Of a DNA stretch of 64,000 nucleotides, positions 45,001-58,581 are shown one piece after another (positions within the stretch are counted from its first letter, which is position 1; each line of letters starts with the position of its first letter). The notes under the pieces are model-generated. The model was not told the DNA's origin. It did no database searches and was given only the letters and a program-made list of their open reading frames with translations. This DNA comes from Monocercomonoides exilis PA203. Its lineage: Eukaryota > Protista > Preaxostyla. The stretch is taken from NCBI GenBank assembly GCA_001643675.2, contig LSRY02000019.1:1240001-1304000 (forward strand). The letters are read 5' to 3'. The translations under genes and the position numbers were made by a program.

Positions 45001-48000
45001 TAGATTCGATGAAGTCTGTGTGTGATGCGGTCGAATGGAAAGGCAGCCACAAATCCTTTGATGTACACCGAGATCTCCTCCGGTGTGGGATCAGGTACCA
45101 ACACACGGAGCTCTTCGTAATTGAGTGTTTTGCGAACTTTGCTCTTTCGCTTCGCAGCTCCATCGGAAGTCGACTGATTTTCGATTCCTTTGTTGGCTTT
45201 TGAATCAAATGATAGTTCATCTTTGTGTGACTCATCGCCTCTTCCTCCTTTTTCAAACTCTTCTTCTTCCTCCTCCTCTTTAACAACCTCAACTGCAGTA
45301 AATGGCACACCTGAACTGGAAATCAATGTCTTTTCTCTGAGAATTGGTCGTTTTGAAAGAGGGATTGAGGGCGATGTCGAGAGTGTTGCAACAGAAAGCT
45401 GATGCTCCCAAAACAGAGGAGAAGTCGGGTCAGTCGTTGGCAGCGGCTCAAATGCAGAAGACATTCCCGTCACGTCAGCTGCGTCTCGCTCGTCACATTT
45501 TTCCGCTTCACCCTCAAAAGAACAGAAGCCAAAGGGATCTGTTTCATTGCCCATCGCCAACGAAGAGCTGGATGCAGAAGAACGATGCATAAGCGCCTCC
45601 ATCCTCTGCATCGTCCTTCCCTTTTCGATGATTTCAGACTCTGCTGCGTTGCGGTCGCTGTCTCTTTTCTTCTTGAACTGCAGCAGGCGGATGATGTCCT
45701 GCCGCTGCGGTCCGAGGCAGAATGGGTACACATACAGCTGCTGGATGGCATTCCAGTCAAACCCCACAGGTGTCGTGGCACGCGGTACGTTGTGTTTGAA
45801 GCGGAGAAACTCAGCGGGCGTTTTCGACGAAGCAAGCACCATGTCTGGGTCGTAGTAGATAGAACCGGTGTTGGTATCTTTCTTTTTGGCTAAGTCGAGT
45901 GTGCTGTTGGAAGTGAGCAGTGTGGATGCTACAGACGTTTTGCCGTCTGTGGTTGTGTCTGAGTCCTGATCATCATCGGAAGACGAACTGCTTGTTGAGT
46001 CGTCATCATCGTAATCGTCGTCATCATCATCATTACCTTCGCTCATATTGTCACCAGGAAATTCTTTTCTCTTTTCTTTCTGTCCATCTTCCTCATTTGC
46101 ACCATAGCTGTTATTACTCCTCTTGCGCTTTCTCCTCTTCCTTTTCAGCTTCTTTCTGTCTGAAGCATCGTCATGTGGCGACATCAGTGACAACAACGCA
46201 GTATCTGGCCCTTCTTCCTGTTTGTTGTTTCCCTCTCCACTCAAACTGTTCTCCACCTCCTTTGCCAACAGCACACGTTCTGCTTCTCTTTCGCCTGGAT
46301 GCCCAAACAGCTTCCATATCCGCTCGATGCTCTTCTGCCCAATCATGTTTGCTTCTGTCAGCAGGTGTCCGTAGTACGACATTGCTATCTCCTTTGGAGT
46401 GGCTGGCACTTTGGCATTCTTCTGCATCTTGTTAGAGAGCTGACTCATTGATGCATTCGCATCTGATGCGAACGTCATCATACTCGATGGTCTAAACAGT
46501 CCCTTTGCAGAAGGAGAAGACGCAGATAATCCACTTTGCTTGGGACTGGATGTTGAAGGCATCGTTGGAGATGCAGAGCGATGCGACAGCAAGCTTTTAT
46601 TTTTGCCTCGAGGAGACAAGTTTCGTGTTCCTCTTGGAGACACTCCATTGCCTTCCTTCGAAGATATAGTTGCTCCCAGCACATCCGACGTATCTTCATT
46701 CTCTGTCTCGCCTTTCAGCCTCTTCTTCAGCGACTCAACCAGGCGGATGGTGTGTGACGGGGTGGACTTGTTGACAGATGCAGAGGTGGGGCGCGAGGGG
46801 CCAGGACTCGACGTGAGTGATTTGGGGCCATCGTCAGCTGCTGCGGTGAATGGATCGTCTTCTTTTGAGGTATCGAAATGAGAGTGTGTTCGCTTCTCTG
46901 CAAGCTCCTTCACGAACTCTGGCTGCGACGAAAGAGGAAGTTTGTACTGGCGCGTGGAAAGCCGCTCTGATTGTGTCAGAAGATTCACCCGTGAAAGAGG
47001 CCGAGCATATGTTGGAACAGCAGCCGAAGAGTGCTCAGCAGAAGGCTTGGAAGGTTTGGTGCTGCTTTTGGGAGAAGTTGGAGGTGACACAGTTTTGTGA
47101 AGTGGAGGGAGTGATGCGGGTGATTGAGGTGAAGGTGATCGACTGGTGTGTTTGCCAACAGGCTCTGCTTCATCGCTGGATGTCTCTTTTGATTGCTTAG
47201 TCGTGTCTTCCTTTTCCGGCTCTGTGAAAAATGGAAGCCGAGTCCTTCTCATCCTTTCCTTCTCTTTCTCTTCCTTCTCCTTCTGCTCCTCTTCCTTCTG
47301 CTTTTCAATCGCCAGCTCTTTCGCATGCTGCTTCTCCAGCTCCTTCTCCTTCTTGTACTCCCAGTGGTCGTCCAGCCTGGTGACTGCCCGCTGGTAGAGA
47401 TAGTGCGACACGACAGGCTTTTTGTGGTGCCATTCCTTTGTCGCTGTGGATGCCTTGCTGACGATGCCTTTGCTCAGCTTTTCAGACAGCATCGCTGCCT
47501 GCTGCAGGATGTTCAGCACAAACGTCTCCGAATTGGTTCGTGTGAGCTTCTGCCCAGTGAATGTCTTGGGGAGTGCAAACGATGTCGTCTGCTGCCCGAC
47601 TGACAGGTTGGATGTTGTTGGGGTGCGGACAAGACGCGAATGGCGAGAGGATTCAGACGAAGAGCGCCTGGTGGAATTGGAGGCAGAAATATCAGGAGTG
47701 AAATACGGACGCATCGCAGATGTCACATCAATCGGAGGCAGCTTCTTGGCCGCTGCTTCTGCGCGTGTTGTGAGTTTGGCTGAGGATGAATGAGAACGCA
47801 GCGAGTGGAGGAAAGAAGACGCAGAATTTCTCATTTCAAGTCTTCCTCGTTCGTTTGAGGTGTTGTTTTCAGAGGTGGCCATTTCGTCTCCGCTGACAGT
47901 TGAGATGATCAGCGGGGAGCTTCTTGGCGGTGGCCCTGATTGGTGTGCGCGCCCTTCCCGCTGGCCAACAACAGCAACTGGCTGAAGCTCTTCGAATGAG

Positions 48001-49021
48001 TCTCTTCCGTGCATATGGCGAGGAATCAAAAGCGACTGCGAGGGAGTCAATGGAATAGGCGTCATCATCCCATCTCGATGCGACTGTAGCAAGGGAGACT
48101 GTGAATACCTTGAAGCAGACAGAGAGGGAGAAGGGCTTGATGACAAAGAGAGTGATGGAGATGGTGAGAAAGAGGGAGGTGTGACAGAAAGCGAACGTCT
48201 TGTTGGCTGTGGTGTCTGCCCAGAACGAATCAGCATGTTTGCCCTTTTCTTCTTCAGCATTTGCGTTGCACGTGCTTTTGAGACTGTGGCTGTGTCACGT
48301 ATTCCTGATGGCTCAATGCAAATCGAGTTCTCCAAATAGCCGCGTGAAAGTGTACGCAATTGCACGTTGTCCGGATTGATTTTCATCCTTTCTCGGACTG
48401 TTTGAATAGCTTCTTGTGTTGTTGGAACACCAGTCTGCTCCAGATAATATACTGCAAATTCTGTCTTTGCTTGATCGAGAAGTTGATCATTCATTGCTAA
48501 GCTTGTGTCAGTTTCTGGTTTTAGAGGAATTGTTAATTTCCACATCCTTTTTTGTCTTGGGGTGTCTTCTTCTGATTCAGATGAATCTTCGGTATGAACT
48601 TTGTGGGACAATGTAGATTTATGTTTTTTAGCTTTGACATTCGCTTTCCCTCCTTTTGACCCAAGAACTGTTTACAGAAAATATCAAATTTCATTGAGAA
48701 AAAGTCATCTCATTTTCAAATTAATAACTATAAACCCTTCAGCTTCGCTGCGATTATTCTTGAAGTGTTTTCCTTCATGCTTTCTCTGTAACTTGCTGTT
48801 ACATGACCCTTTAATGTGAATTATTTGTTGAATAAGATATTAATGGAAAGAGCAACGATTAACGAATAAAATTCCTTAATGCAAACCATTAGCCTTCTTG
48901 ATTTTTCTTGAAGTTCATCCTCAGTATATTTTCTTTTTTGAACATATTTCATAATCTCAGATTTTTTTGGTTTTGGATGTCCGTGAAGAAGTCCACTTGC
49001 CTCGTCTTGGTCATCGTCCAT
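42087..49021 (-). CDS. Large Ser/Pro-rich hypothetical protein (~2.2-2.3k aa, two short 5' introns)
   Basis: A 2174-codon ORF can be joined in frame to the ATG at 49021 through two GTTT..AG introns (…SRRLM|GHVTAS…AAKLK|VLGSKGG…). Some hydrophobic globular blocks, but no family recognised. Confidence 0.75.
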
Positions 49022-49520
49022 AAAGTGGATTTGTATTTAAAAAGACAATTTTATCTTCGGTAAAATACAATTTTGATTTTTCTTTGCTTCAAAAATGAAA
49101 AAATCTTTTTTTAATTGGTTTGTGTTGTGTGAAAAAAAAGAAAATGGGTAAAAAAACAATAAACCTCAAAAGAATTTTAAAAGAGAATAACATTAATAAA
49201 GTTACATTTATTGAGAGTGAAATTGCTGTTCAATGACAACAAAACCTTCAAATGACTTAAGTTGGTACTGAATACAAAGTACTTTAAATATTACACACTA
49301 CAAAAAGACAAAATGTAACAAACAGAAATAATTTTTAAAATGAAGTAAGATGAACAGAGGAGAAAAGAGCAAATGCATTTTTTTTTGTTTGTAAACACAA
49401 TTTGAATGGAAAGCTCATAATGATAAAATGTAATGAAAGAATGTTTTCACATTCACAGAGCCATCAATAAGCATGAAGTTGAGAAATAAACAAAAGAACA
49501 CAAAAAGACAGAAGTAATGA

Positions 49521-52500
49521 CTAATCATCGTCGAGAACAGCGCAGGTCATTCTTCCATGAGACAAAGTTCCTCTTTTGTAAACAGAAGATGCAGAAGAAG
49601 ACAGAGCAGAATGAGTTGAATTGAGAGAAGACAGTTCAGAACTGGAAGGAGAATGTTCAGATGACGAAGAAGAAGAAGAGCCCATTACTTGCTCCGCTTT
49701 GCTGGTGCGGGGAAACAGAGAGCTCGACGTTTCGTTCGTAAAATCTGTTGGTGCACCGATTTTCAGCCGTTTTGAATGAATTCTGCCTGGCCGGCTTCCT
49801 TCTTCGTGTCCTCGTCTGTTTGAAGAATTCGCTGGATCTTCGATTCTCAGAAATCGCTTGATCATTTTCCATATCCACTCGATAACAAGATACACCCGAT
49901 GCACCATGGGGTAGATAAAGAACAGGTAAAACGGGCGAAGGATAGTAAATAATGGCTCCATTTGGAATCGCAAATCAATAAATAATGAAGAGTTCCATAT
50001 GACATCAAAGAACGTTACGATTGCAGAGAAGAATTCGGGAACATAGAAGTTTAATGCATTCCTTTTGTTAAAAAAAAATAAAATAAAATAAATGATAAAT
50101 AAAAAAAGAAAGAAAGTGTTCAAACTTGATTGTTTTGCTTTGCAGATACGCAAGTGACACGAGTCCCAAAATGATCACAAGTAAGAACGGATGGCGGAAC
50201 ACATAGCAGATCTCGTTGAATGCAAAGACAAGCAGCACAATCCAGAACCACCAAGGCACTTCGTCTCTCTCTTGATCATCATCAGCCCCTCCCATCCCTC
50301 CAGCGCCATCCGCACCCGATCTTCCTTTCCCCTTTTTGAACTTCCCAGCAACAGTCGCTGTGTCGATCGCCTCCTTCGCCTGGAGATACTCGCGCACTTC
50401 CTCTTTCTCCACCTCTTTGTTTACCATCTCCAGCACCGTCCTGTCCAGCAGCGTGACTGCAACCGTCTCGTTTTGGCACCACTTTCGCAGCGACTCTTCA
50501 GAAAGCTTGTTGAACGAATAGGAAGACGATGCATTGCTTGAAGAAGAGGTCGTGCTGGATGTTGAAATGGACAATGAAGAAGACGCCATCTGTTGCTCTG
50601 GTGCTTCTCCTGTTTTCTCCTTCATCAGCCTCAAAAACAGCTCCTTTTTCTCTGCTTTCTCCCTCTTCTCTTTCTCTTCGGGCGTCTCGTCTTCTTTCTT
50701 TCCTTTCTGCTCCTGCTTCTCCTCGCTCCATTCGTCAAACTCAAACAGCGTATTTGGCAGCGGCTTGTTCATAATGTGCTTCAGACACCCGACCAGCTCA
50801 TCACCCGATGAGAACTGCCTATGCAGAGATTCATGCCTCTCCTCATCAAACACCAGCAGCGCCCGGCTCAGGTCTTCCACCAGCATCGCGCTGCCTTCCT
50901 TCGCCAGCACATACACGTCGTCTGCTCGGCTCGTCGCCTGCCACACACGCGGAATTCCCTCTGGCGTCTCGTCGAAGAGGATGTGGAACACCTCTTTCCC
51001 TTTCTTCTCCACCGTGTCCTTCCCCACCGACACCTTCACGAACTCCATGATGCTCCCTTCGAGGATCGCACCCACTCTGTCCAGGATCGTGTCTAGCTCC
51101 TCGCCGCTCAGACAGAACTCACCCAGAAACGACGTCAGCCGCTCGCGCGACTCGGCTAGCATTTCGTTCTCCCGCTGGCGGATGACGTTCCACACTGACC
51201 AGAGCGGAGGAGAGGACGCATCGGCAGGAGAGGCAGAGCCAAAGAGAGAGGAAGACATCGAGTTCAGCAGAGAGAATGAAGTGGATGGAGAAGTGGCTGT
51301 GGGGGAAGTGTTGGGTGACTTGCGGAAGAGCGACGGGCGCTGTGTGGAGCTCTTTCCTCGGCTGCCGAGCGAGCCGAGTCTGCTCAGTGGAGAAATCGGC
51401 GTCGTCTCTCGCTCGTTGATCATCCGCTTGTACTGCACCACCAGCGGGGACGTTGAGTTGATGTCGAACACAGACGAGACCTTCTGCTTGAACGACGACG
51501 AAATGTACTTCATCCCGTTTTCGAACTCTTCTTCGATTCGGCGCCGTCTTTCCGCATTCAGCCGCTCGATGGCGCAGCTGCGGAGCTGTTTGGCCTGTTC
51601 GGAGTAATTCCAAGTGGTCGCCTTGTTCCAAAAGGAAAGAGAGAGAGAAAGCGAGGGCTTCGGGCGGTGGACGGCAGAGAGGTCGTTGGAAGACGATGTG
51701 GGGGAGAGTGTTGGGGTGGGTGTGGTGGAGGTGGAAGGAGAAGGGAGCGGAGGGTTCTGCAGGTGGATTGGCACAGACAGCTTTGAGACAGACGAGGAAG
51801 GCGACAGAAACGAAGGGTAGTCTGGCGACTCCATCACGCTGCTCTCAGTCGAAGGAGCAAGAGAGTCCATCATCGCAAGCTTGCTCATCGCATCCTCTTC
51901 GAATCTAACTCCACGCAGTTTGTATTTCTCTCTATTGATCTTCTCCAGCGCTATTCTTCGCATTGACGGCAGCATCGTCAGTAAAGCAATACGCTCAAAG
52001 CGGTGCTCGCAGCGGCGGAGCACAGTAACAGCGCGTTTGGTGAACGACTTCTTCTGCTGCGTCATCGGAAACAGTTTGCTTTCTTCCTCGTTGAGTGTGT
52101 CTGTCCAGGTGTGATATTGGATGATGAACTCTCCTTGCTTCATCAGTTGGTGCGACTTCGGCGACTTGAACGTGGAAAACGTCAGGAGACGCTCGGCAAC
52201 AGACGCCTCCGGTTCGACAGAGGAAGGCGTGGCAGATGACGGCAGAGACGGGGAATTCGGGCCAGTTGCGCTGAGTTTCCCTTCTTCCTCGTCTTCTGCA
52301 TCGATCAGCGACCAGTCGTCTCCATCAGACATGTAAGAGCGCTGGACTTTTGTGTACTCGCCGCTCATCAGCTCGATCATCCGCTTGTTCATAATCCGCC
52401 CGTCAGAGCTGAAGCCGAGCAGCCCGCTGTCTTCATCAAACTTTGATTGACGATCAGAACTCATAAGACTTCCAAAAGAGGAAGAGGAAGAAGCAGAGGA

Positions 52501-54958
52501 AGAAGAAGCAGACATTGGCAAGCTCGGTGATGCTTGGTTCGATTCTGCGAAGATGCCAGCAGTCGGCGAAGAGGAGCGGGAGCCTGGTTCTGATGCAATC
52601 TGCGGAGAAGGCGATGGAGTGAATTTGCCTTGCATCATCTTTTGTGCAGTCAGTGCGCGTGCCTTCTTCAGCTTGATTGTTGCCAGCATTGTGTTGCCGA
52701 CTGTGCCCATCTTCTTCCGCCCCACCGACATGATCTCGTCCTCCAGCGACATCTTAGGCGAAGAAGGCGACACATACGGAGGAACAGAGGGAGATGAAGG
52801 CAAAGAAATGTTCAGCTGATCAGGAGATGCTCCGGTTGTCGGTGGAGAAGGTGAAAGAGAGCGGGCCAAACGAGGAGAACGAGGGCTGATGGGAGGAGGA
52901 TTGGTGGATTGTGTGAACAAAGAATTGGATGAGTGGAGAAGCACCTGCTGCTGCTGCTGTGTTGGTGGAGGGAGTGAAGGCTGAATGGAAGTGGAGACTG
53001 GCGATAGATCAGATGGATGTGGTGCAGATGTTGGTGAGAGGAGGAGCGGAGGAACGGGCTGCTGGCTGAGCTCAGAAGACGAATGAGTCTCGTCGTTTGG
53101 AGCAAAAACAGCAGCAGTCGATGGCTCCGTCGGCGAAAGCGGGGCAAACTCGCTTTCGTGTTTGGGGAGGGTGGGAGAAAGTGTTGTGAATGGAGAAGCA
53201 TTTTCTGATGGTTGATTTGAAGAAGCATCTGAAGTGGATGAAGAGAGAAGCGACGGCTGAGACACAAAAAGCGGACGCTGAATCCGCTGGCTCTGTCGCA
53301 TGCTGCGGTACATCGACGAATTGAGCGAGGAGGACGGGTCTTTTGCATCGACAAAGGTGACAGATGAAGTTGATGGAGCAGCCGTCGATAAAGAAGAAGA
53401 GGAAAGCTGAGAAGATATGGAAGCTTGCGAACCGGATGGCAAGTGTTTTGAAGAAGATGTATGATTTGGGTTTCTGTGCAGATACGTATGGATTTCGTAC
53501 TCAAATGCCTGTTCGCACGCTCTGCTGACCGTCACTAGATGCTTTTCGTAGATCTCCTCCATCATTTCGCCCATTTCTTCTTCGAGCTCCTTCCGCTTTG
53601 CTTCGTAGATGACCTTCACATACGAAGATGCCATTGAATCGTACGCATCCAGCGCATCGTTCTCCATCACCCCCAAAATGTCGCCCAGATCCAGCCGCAG
53701 AATGCCCTTTGCAACAACTTCAGACACAATCAGCCGCACGTCTTCGCGCAGCTGCTCTGCAGTCTCCTTCACAATCTCGTTGCATCTCAGATGCGACAGC
53801 ACCTCGCGCTGTGAGGGGATATCCAAGTCGTTGTCATCCACAATCTGCTTCCAGATGTTTTCGGCGTAGCGCCCAAGACCGTCCAGGGGTATATTCTTAG
53901 CACGCGGAGAGGTGAACACAAAGTCTTCTTTCAGAGGATTTGTGAATCTGTCACGCAAAGCTCTCGCTTCGCTCAAGAATTGTTCATGTTGAAGTGCATA
54001 GTGAGGAAGCAACACAACGTCTACATCAAAACAGTCTTCTAGTTGTAAATGCTCCAAATCTTTGCGTTTTGGACGAGAGTTCCACAGACGTTTAACATCC
54101 TCGTGTATCATTCCGCTCAATTTCTCTGCTGGCGTTTGACCTGTATAATCTCTGACGATGAAGAGGAGCAATGTTTTTGATCTCGTACTGTCTTTGAAAA
54201 GAAGCCTGGCTGAAGCTTCAAATACACTTTCAATGATTGGATAGTTTGAAGCGGAATATCGCCCAAGATCATGATACCACACATTCATGATAATAACTTC
54301 AGACAAAGCTATGGAAAATAGCGTCACTTTGTTTTCAAAAGTCTAGAGATATCGACATTCAATTTCCAGCATGAAAGAAAAGAAATAAGAAAGATTAAGA
54401 ATTGAGCATACGGTCGCATTTCCGCTTCTTTCACGACTATCAGTACCCTCCACATCAAGAATAAGCAGCGGAGTTATTCTTATTTATAATTTGTTTGCAC
54501 GTTCGTCCATTTTATTCGGTTGTTAAATAATTCCGAAATAAAAAGAGGAAAGAATATATTCTTTAAAGAAATCGAAAAGAAAATTATAAATGCAAACGGT
54601 TTCCCCAATGCATGAGAAATAACTCTTTTTGAAGTTGCAAGCCAAGTACCAACAGTTGTCCTTGACCTTCCGTCTTGTTCATTCATCACAGAGAATTGTG
54701 TATCAAATAACGCATTCAAAAGTGTACCTAACGCAAAATAAAGCAAATTATTTTAAAGGCAAGCATATTTAAATTGTATAGAATACTTTTTCCACTTGAT
54801 TGTGCACCCATGATGGAAACCATGTGAAATTCTTTTGTATGAATAGACTTTGACCATTGAAATAACTCAAAGCCCAAATCATCATTAAAATTACCATTCC
54901 CATCCAAAACTTGAATTGAAAAACTTTGTTCAGGTTCTTGATGTTCAGGTTCAATCAT
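49521..54958 (-). CDS. SEY1: Sey1/RHD3 atlastin-like ER-fusion GTPase, multi-exon
   Basis: SIMGAQSSGKS|TLLNALF, RSRTTVG, ILDVEGTDSRER, LFSIALSEVIIMNVWYHDLGRY, LLFIVRDY, DLDIPSQREVLSHLRC and the C-terminal TM hairpin VPWWFWIVLLVFAFNEI..HPFLL. Confidence 0.95.
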
Positions 54959-55162
54959 TCTTTCCGAAAATGCTTTTGGAAATTAGATCGTGTCAAGTCA
55001 AAAGCTAAATTATGGTCACATTTTGGATGCGAAATGAAATTCTGAATGAAGTGAAACTAAAAAGTTGCTTAAATATAAAAAGAAACGACAAAAAAAAAAA
55101 AATTATAACAGCTTCTTGTTCGATATTTCACACGCATGTTAACAAGTCCTTAACTAATTTGT

Positions 55163-57207
55163 TCATTTGCTTTCATCATTCTTCAATTCATTTTCGTCTT
55201 CTTCCTTCTCTTCAGCATTTTCTTTTTCTTCATTCTTCTTTTTCTCTTCCTCTTCAGAACCATGCGCATCGTGTTCTTTATCTTCTTCACCTTCTCCTTT
55301 TTCAGCTTCTTTGTTTTCCTGATTTTCTTGATTTTCCTTTTTCTCTTCTCCTTCCTCTGTTTCTTCGTTCTCTGCTTCCAATTCTTCTCTCTCCAGTTCT
55401 CTTTCCAGCTCTTCCTCGTCCCAAACCTGCCCGCTCTTCATCAGCTTCATTCTGTTGTATTCGTGCCTGCTGATATGCTTCGCCTTCTTCTCTTCTTTCC
55501 CTCTCTTGTAGAACACCTTATCGTCATCGTTTTCTGGCTCTGTGTCTTCCTCTTCCTCCTCTGCCACATCGCCTCCTCCTCCCGTCCCTCCCACCAGCAG
55601 CTTCCTCTTCCTCTTCCTCTTCACCACCATCACCACCTGCCCTTCCTCCGCCTGCTCAGCTGCTTCCGCTGCCATCTTGTCCAAAAAGGATGGAAGCGCT
55701 TTCCCTCGCTGCTTCCTTCCTCTTCGTCGCCTCCCTTTCTGCTCTTCTGAACTGCTCCAGCCATCTTCTTTCTCCTTCTCCTTCTCCTTCTCTTTTTCCT
55801 TATCCTTTCCTTTCTTGTTATCTCTTCCCTTCTTCTTTCCTGTCTCCTTTTCTCTTGTCTGCGAGGCTGCCTGTGAATTGTTAGAAGGCGACGGCGAAGG
55901 AGAAGGTATTCCTTCTTCATCGCTTTGCTGATCCTCAGCTTCGTCCTTTGCATCGTCATCTTCTTCGTTTTTGTCGTCTGAAAAGTCGTTTTTGCGCTGC
56001 TTCTTTTCTCTCCGGTTTGCTCGTCGCTTCCGCTCTTTTGCTCCTTTCTTTGTGTCTTGAGAACTGGAAGGTGCTGAAGAAGAAGAAGAAGAAGAGGACG
56101 AAGAGGGGGAAGAAGAAGAAGAAGAAGAAGAAGATGCAGCTGAAGCAGTTTTTGAAAGATTTGCAGTGCGATCTGTCTTGTTCGTGGAGAGATCTTTGAT
56201 GACAAACTTGTCAATAAGATTCACTGCATTTCGGCAAGTTAATAAAAAATATATAGCAAATAAATGCAATTTTAAAGCAAATTATTTTGTTGATATTTTG
56301 TAAATATTCAAATATTGCTTATAACAGTTCACAATTGATTAAAAGAGCAAACATTCTGTATTGGGAAATTTTGCAACGCAATCATAGATATTACGAAAAG
56401 CTTCAGGGCTTATTAAAATCACTGACAATTTGGAAGATTCGTCTTTTGAACCTTCTTTCTCAACTTCAACCACGAAAGGCTCAATTTGTGTCATTAACTC
56501 TGAGTGAACGTCATTCGGAGAAACCACAGATACTCTCATAAATGCTCTTCCAATTGTTTCATCGTTTTGCATAAGTTGCCTTATGGCTGAGAGAGCTTGT
56601 TTTTTGGCACTTTCTTCGGGTCTAGCTTTAAAATGAATTTTTTTTAGTAAATTCTCAATAAGAGGAACTGGTAAAGGTTGTTTTGCAACACGATTGTAGC
56701 ATCTTTCAGCAATGATTACAGCTATATCTCTGTAAAGCGCGGTAATCGTTGATTCTCTTTCAAGATGGCTCACTTGATACTTGCCTTGATCAAGAATCTT
56801 AAAAATTGATTAAATCGAAACAGAAATATTTGTCCATTTTTTTTAAAAAAAAAAAAAAAAAAAGAGCACAATGTATTCAAACTAGCCGACTGATTTCATC
56901 TTCATCGTCCGTACCAAATGCTTTGCGAAGAAGTGTTGAATCGGCAACAAGTCCTTGTTTCACATCAGAAAAAACTCTTCGAAGCTGGAGAACTTCATTG
57001 AGGTCTGTTTCTCTTTAATACGTTATTGAATGATTGGTATTTATAAATGTATATTCTATATTAAGTTAAAACAAACATTTTATCCCTCCAACTTGCAATT
57101 TTATTTTTGTAACAAGCAATTTCAAATGTATGACCTCCTTTTTTTAATTTTACAATTGCAATATTTGTAAAATCCTTAATGTTTGATGGGGTTAATATTT
57201 TACTCAT
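55163..57207 (-). CDS. SBDS: Ribosome maturation protein SBDS/Sdo1 with a long charged low-complexity C-terminal extension (4 exons)
   Basis: MSKILTPSN..TNIAIVKLKKGGHTFEIACYKNK, ETDLNEVLQ..VFSDVKQG, AFGTDD, ILDQGKYQVSHLER and SAKKQAL. Intron 56224-56352 (GTTTGC..CAG) joins in frame to ORF 55163-56269. Confidence 0.9.
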
Positions 57208-57517
57208 CTTAGACTTTAAAGAAGAAGAAATTTAATGATCTATTTCTATAATTATATAATTCTGACGGAATTTTCATGGCACGATCATAAAAATCACTCT
57301 GCTTATTGAATTTTCAATAATTTTTCAAAAACAATTCGATGTTGTTGGAACAGAAAAAGTGTGATGATTTGATATATGTTATAAAAATTTCTTTTTATTT
57401 ATTTTTTTTTTTTTGTTTTTTAATAAAAGATTTTGAAAAATAAATATCAATTCAAATTGAAAGATCTATAAGCATTTATTATGGATTTTTCATTTTCCTG
57501 ACAGTTCCCATAATCCG

Positions 57518-58405
57518 ATGAAAACTTATTTTCTTTTTGGCTTTCTTTCACTCTTGTCTGTGATCGGATTCATTTCACTTAAATTTGGTTTAAATTCCAT
57601 TTCAACTTTACCAGCATTTGCTATTTCGCAAGCGGAACAGAATGATCTTTTTTTACATTTTGTGAAATACTCAAAATATCCATTTAAAAATGTTTATGCA
57701 ATCAATCTCGAAAGAAGAAAAGATAGGCGTGAACACATGAAAGAAGAGTTGGAAAAGGCTTCTCTAACTTATGAGTTTTTCAATGGTATTGATGGAAAGT
57801 TTCTGAATCAAACAAATGTTACAAACTCATCCTTTCCGTTCTTGGAAAGAATCCATCCAAATACAAAATTTAACTTTTCAAAAGCAGGATCAATTCTTGG
57901 ACCACGTTCATCTCATTACGGGATTGTTGGTTGTTGGCAAAGTCATTTGCAGGTGTATTTTAAAATTTGTGAAATAGCAAAGAAAACTCAACAAGACGGA
58001 CCAGTGCTGATTTTAGAAGATGATTCAATGCTTTCTCCGTATTTTGTACAACGCGTAAACAGATTACTTCTCACTCTTCCAGATAACTGGGATATATTTT
58101 TTGTTGGAACGACAAATCACTTATGTACAAACTCAACATTCGGACAAGTTTGCGAGCTTAAGTGGGTTGTTGGAGCAACTGCATATATTGTCAATGGAGC
58201 AAAAACAGCAAAGAAATTAGTTGATATATCAAATACTGCTTTTGTTCAGATTTCAGATGTGCTTTGGCTTCCATATATAAATGGACCTTTGCATTTTTAT
58301 GCAATTTCTTCGAACAAAAGGGAAAATCACTTATCCAAACCAGATCATTACACTTCTCGAAAAACCGACATCCAGTTTCATCGTATTGTTTTGAATGATG
58401 GTTGA
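57518..58405 (+). CDS. Glycosyltransferase family 25 protein with N-terminal membrane anchor
   Basis: GT25 motifs VYAINLERRKDRREHM, FFNGIDG, GCWQSH, LILEDD and GATAYIV; intronless. Confidence 0.88.
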   Translation: MKTYFLFGFLSLLSVIGFISLKFGLNSISTLPAFAISQAEQNDLFLHFVKYSKYPFKNVYAINLERRKDRREHMKEELEKASLTYEFFNGIDGKFLNQTNVTNSSFPFLERIHPNTKFNFSKAGSILGPRSSHYGIVGCWQSHLQVYFKICEIAKKTQQDGPVLILEDDSMLSPYFVQRVNRLLLTLPDNWDIFFVGTTNHLCTNSTFGQVCELKWVVGATAYIVNGAKTAKKLVDISNTAFVQISDVLWLPYINGPLHFYAISSNKRENHLSKPDHYTSRKTDIQFHRIVLNDG

Positions 58406-58581
58406 ATATTTGATTTTAAAAGAAAATTTTTGTTTGTTTGTTTGTTTATTAATTAGGAGACAAGTTATAAATTTTAAAATCATCTCAATCTGATATTCAC
58501 AGTTTCTTTTTTGACTTTTGTGTTTTGATATCTGTGAATATTTGAATAAAAAAGTTATGCCCATTACTTTTTCTTTTTTTC

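Noticed and set aside
49741-49764. CRIB-like KIGAPTDF in the Sey1 C-terminal tail
   Set aside because: It lacks both conserved His residues of the CRIB consensus and is too short to support.
50534-51607. 357 aa + strand ORF, and many other antisense ORFs over SPT6, NOL9, SEY1 and the receptors
   Set aside because: These are shadow frames of real genes with Ser/Glu-rich codon bias; they show no independent motifs.
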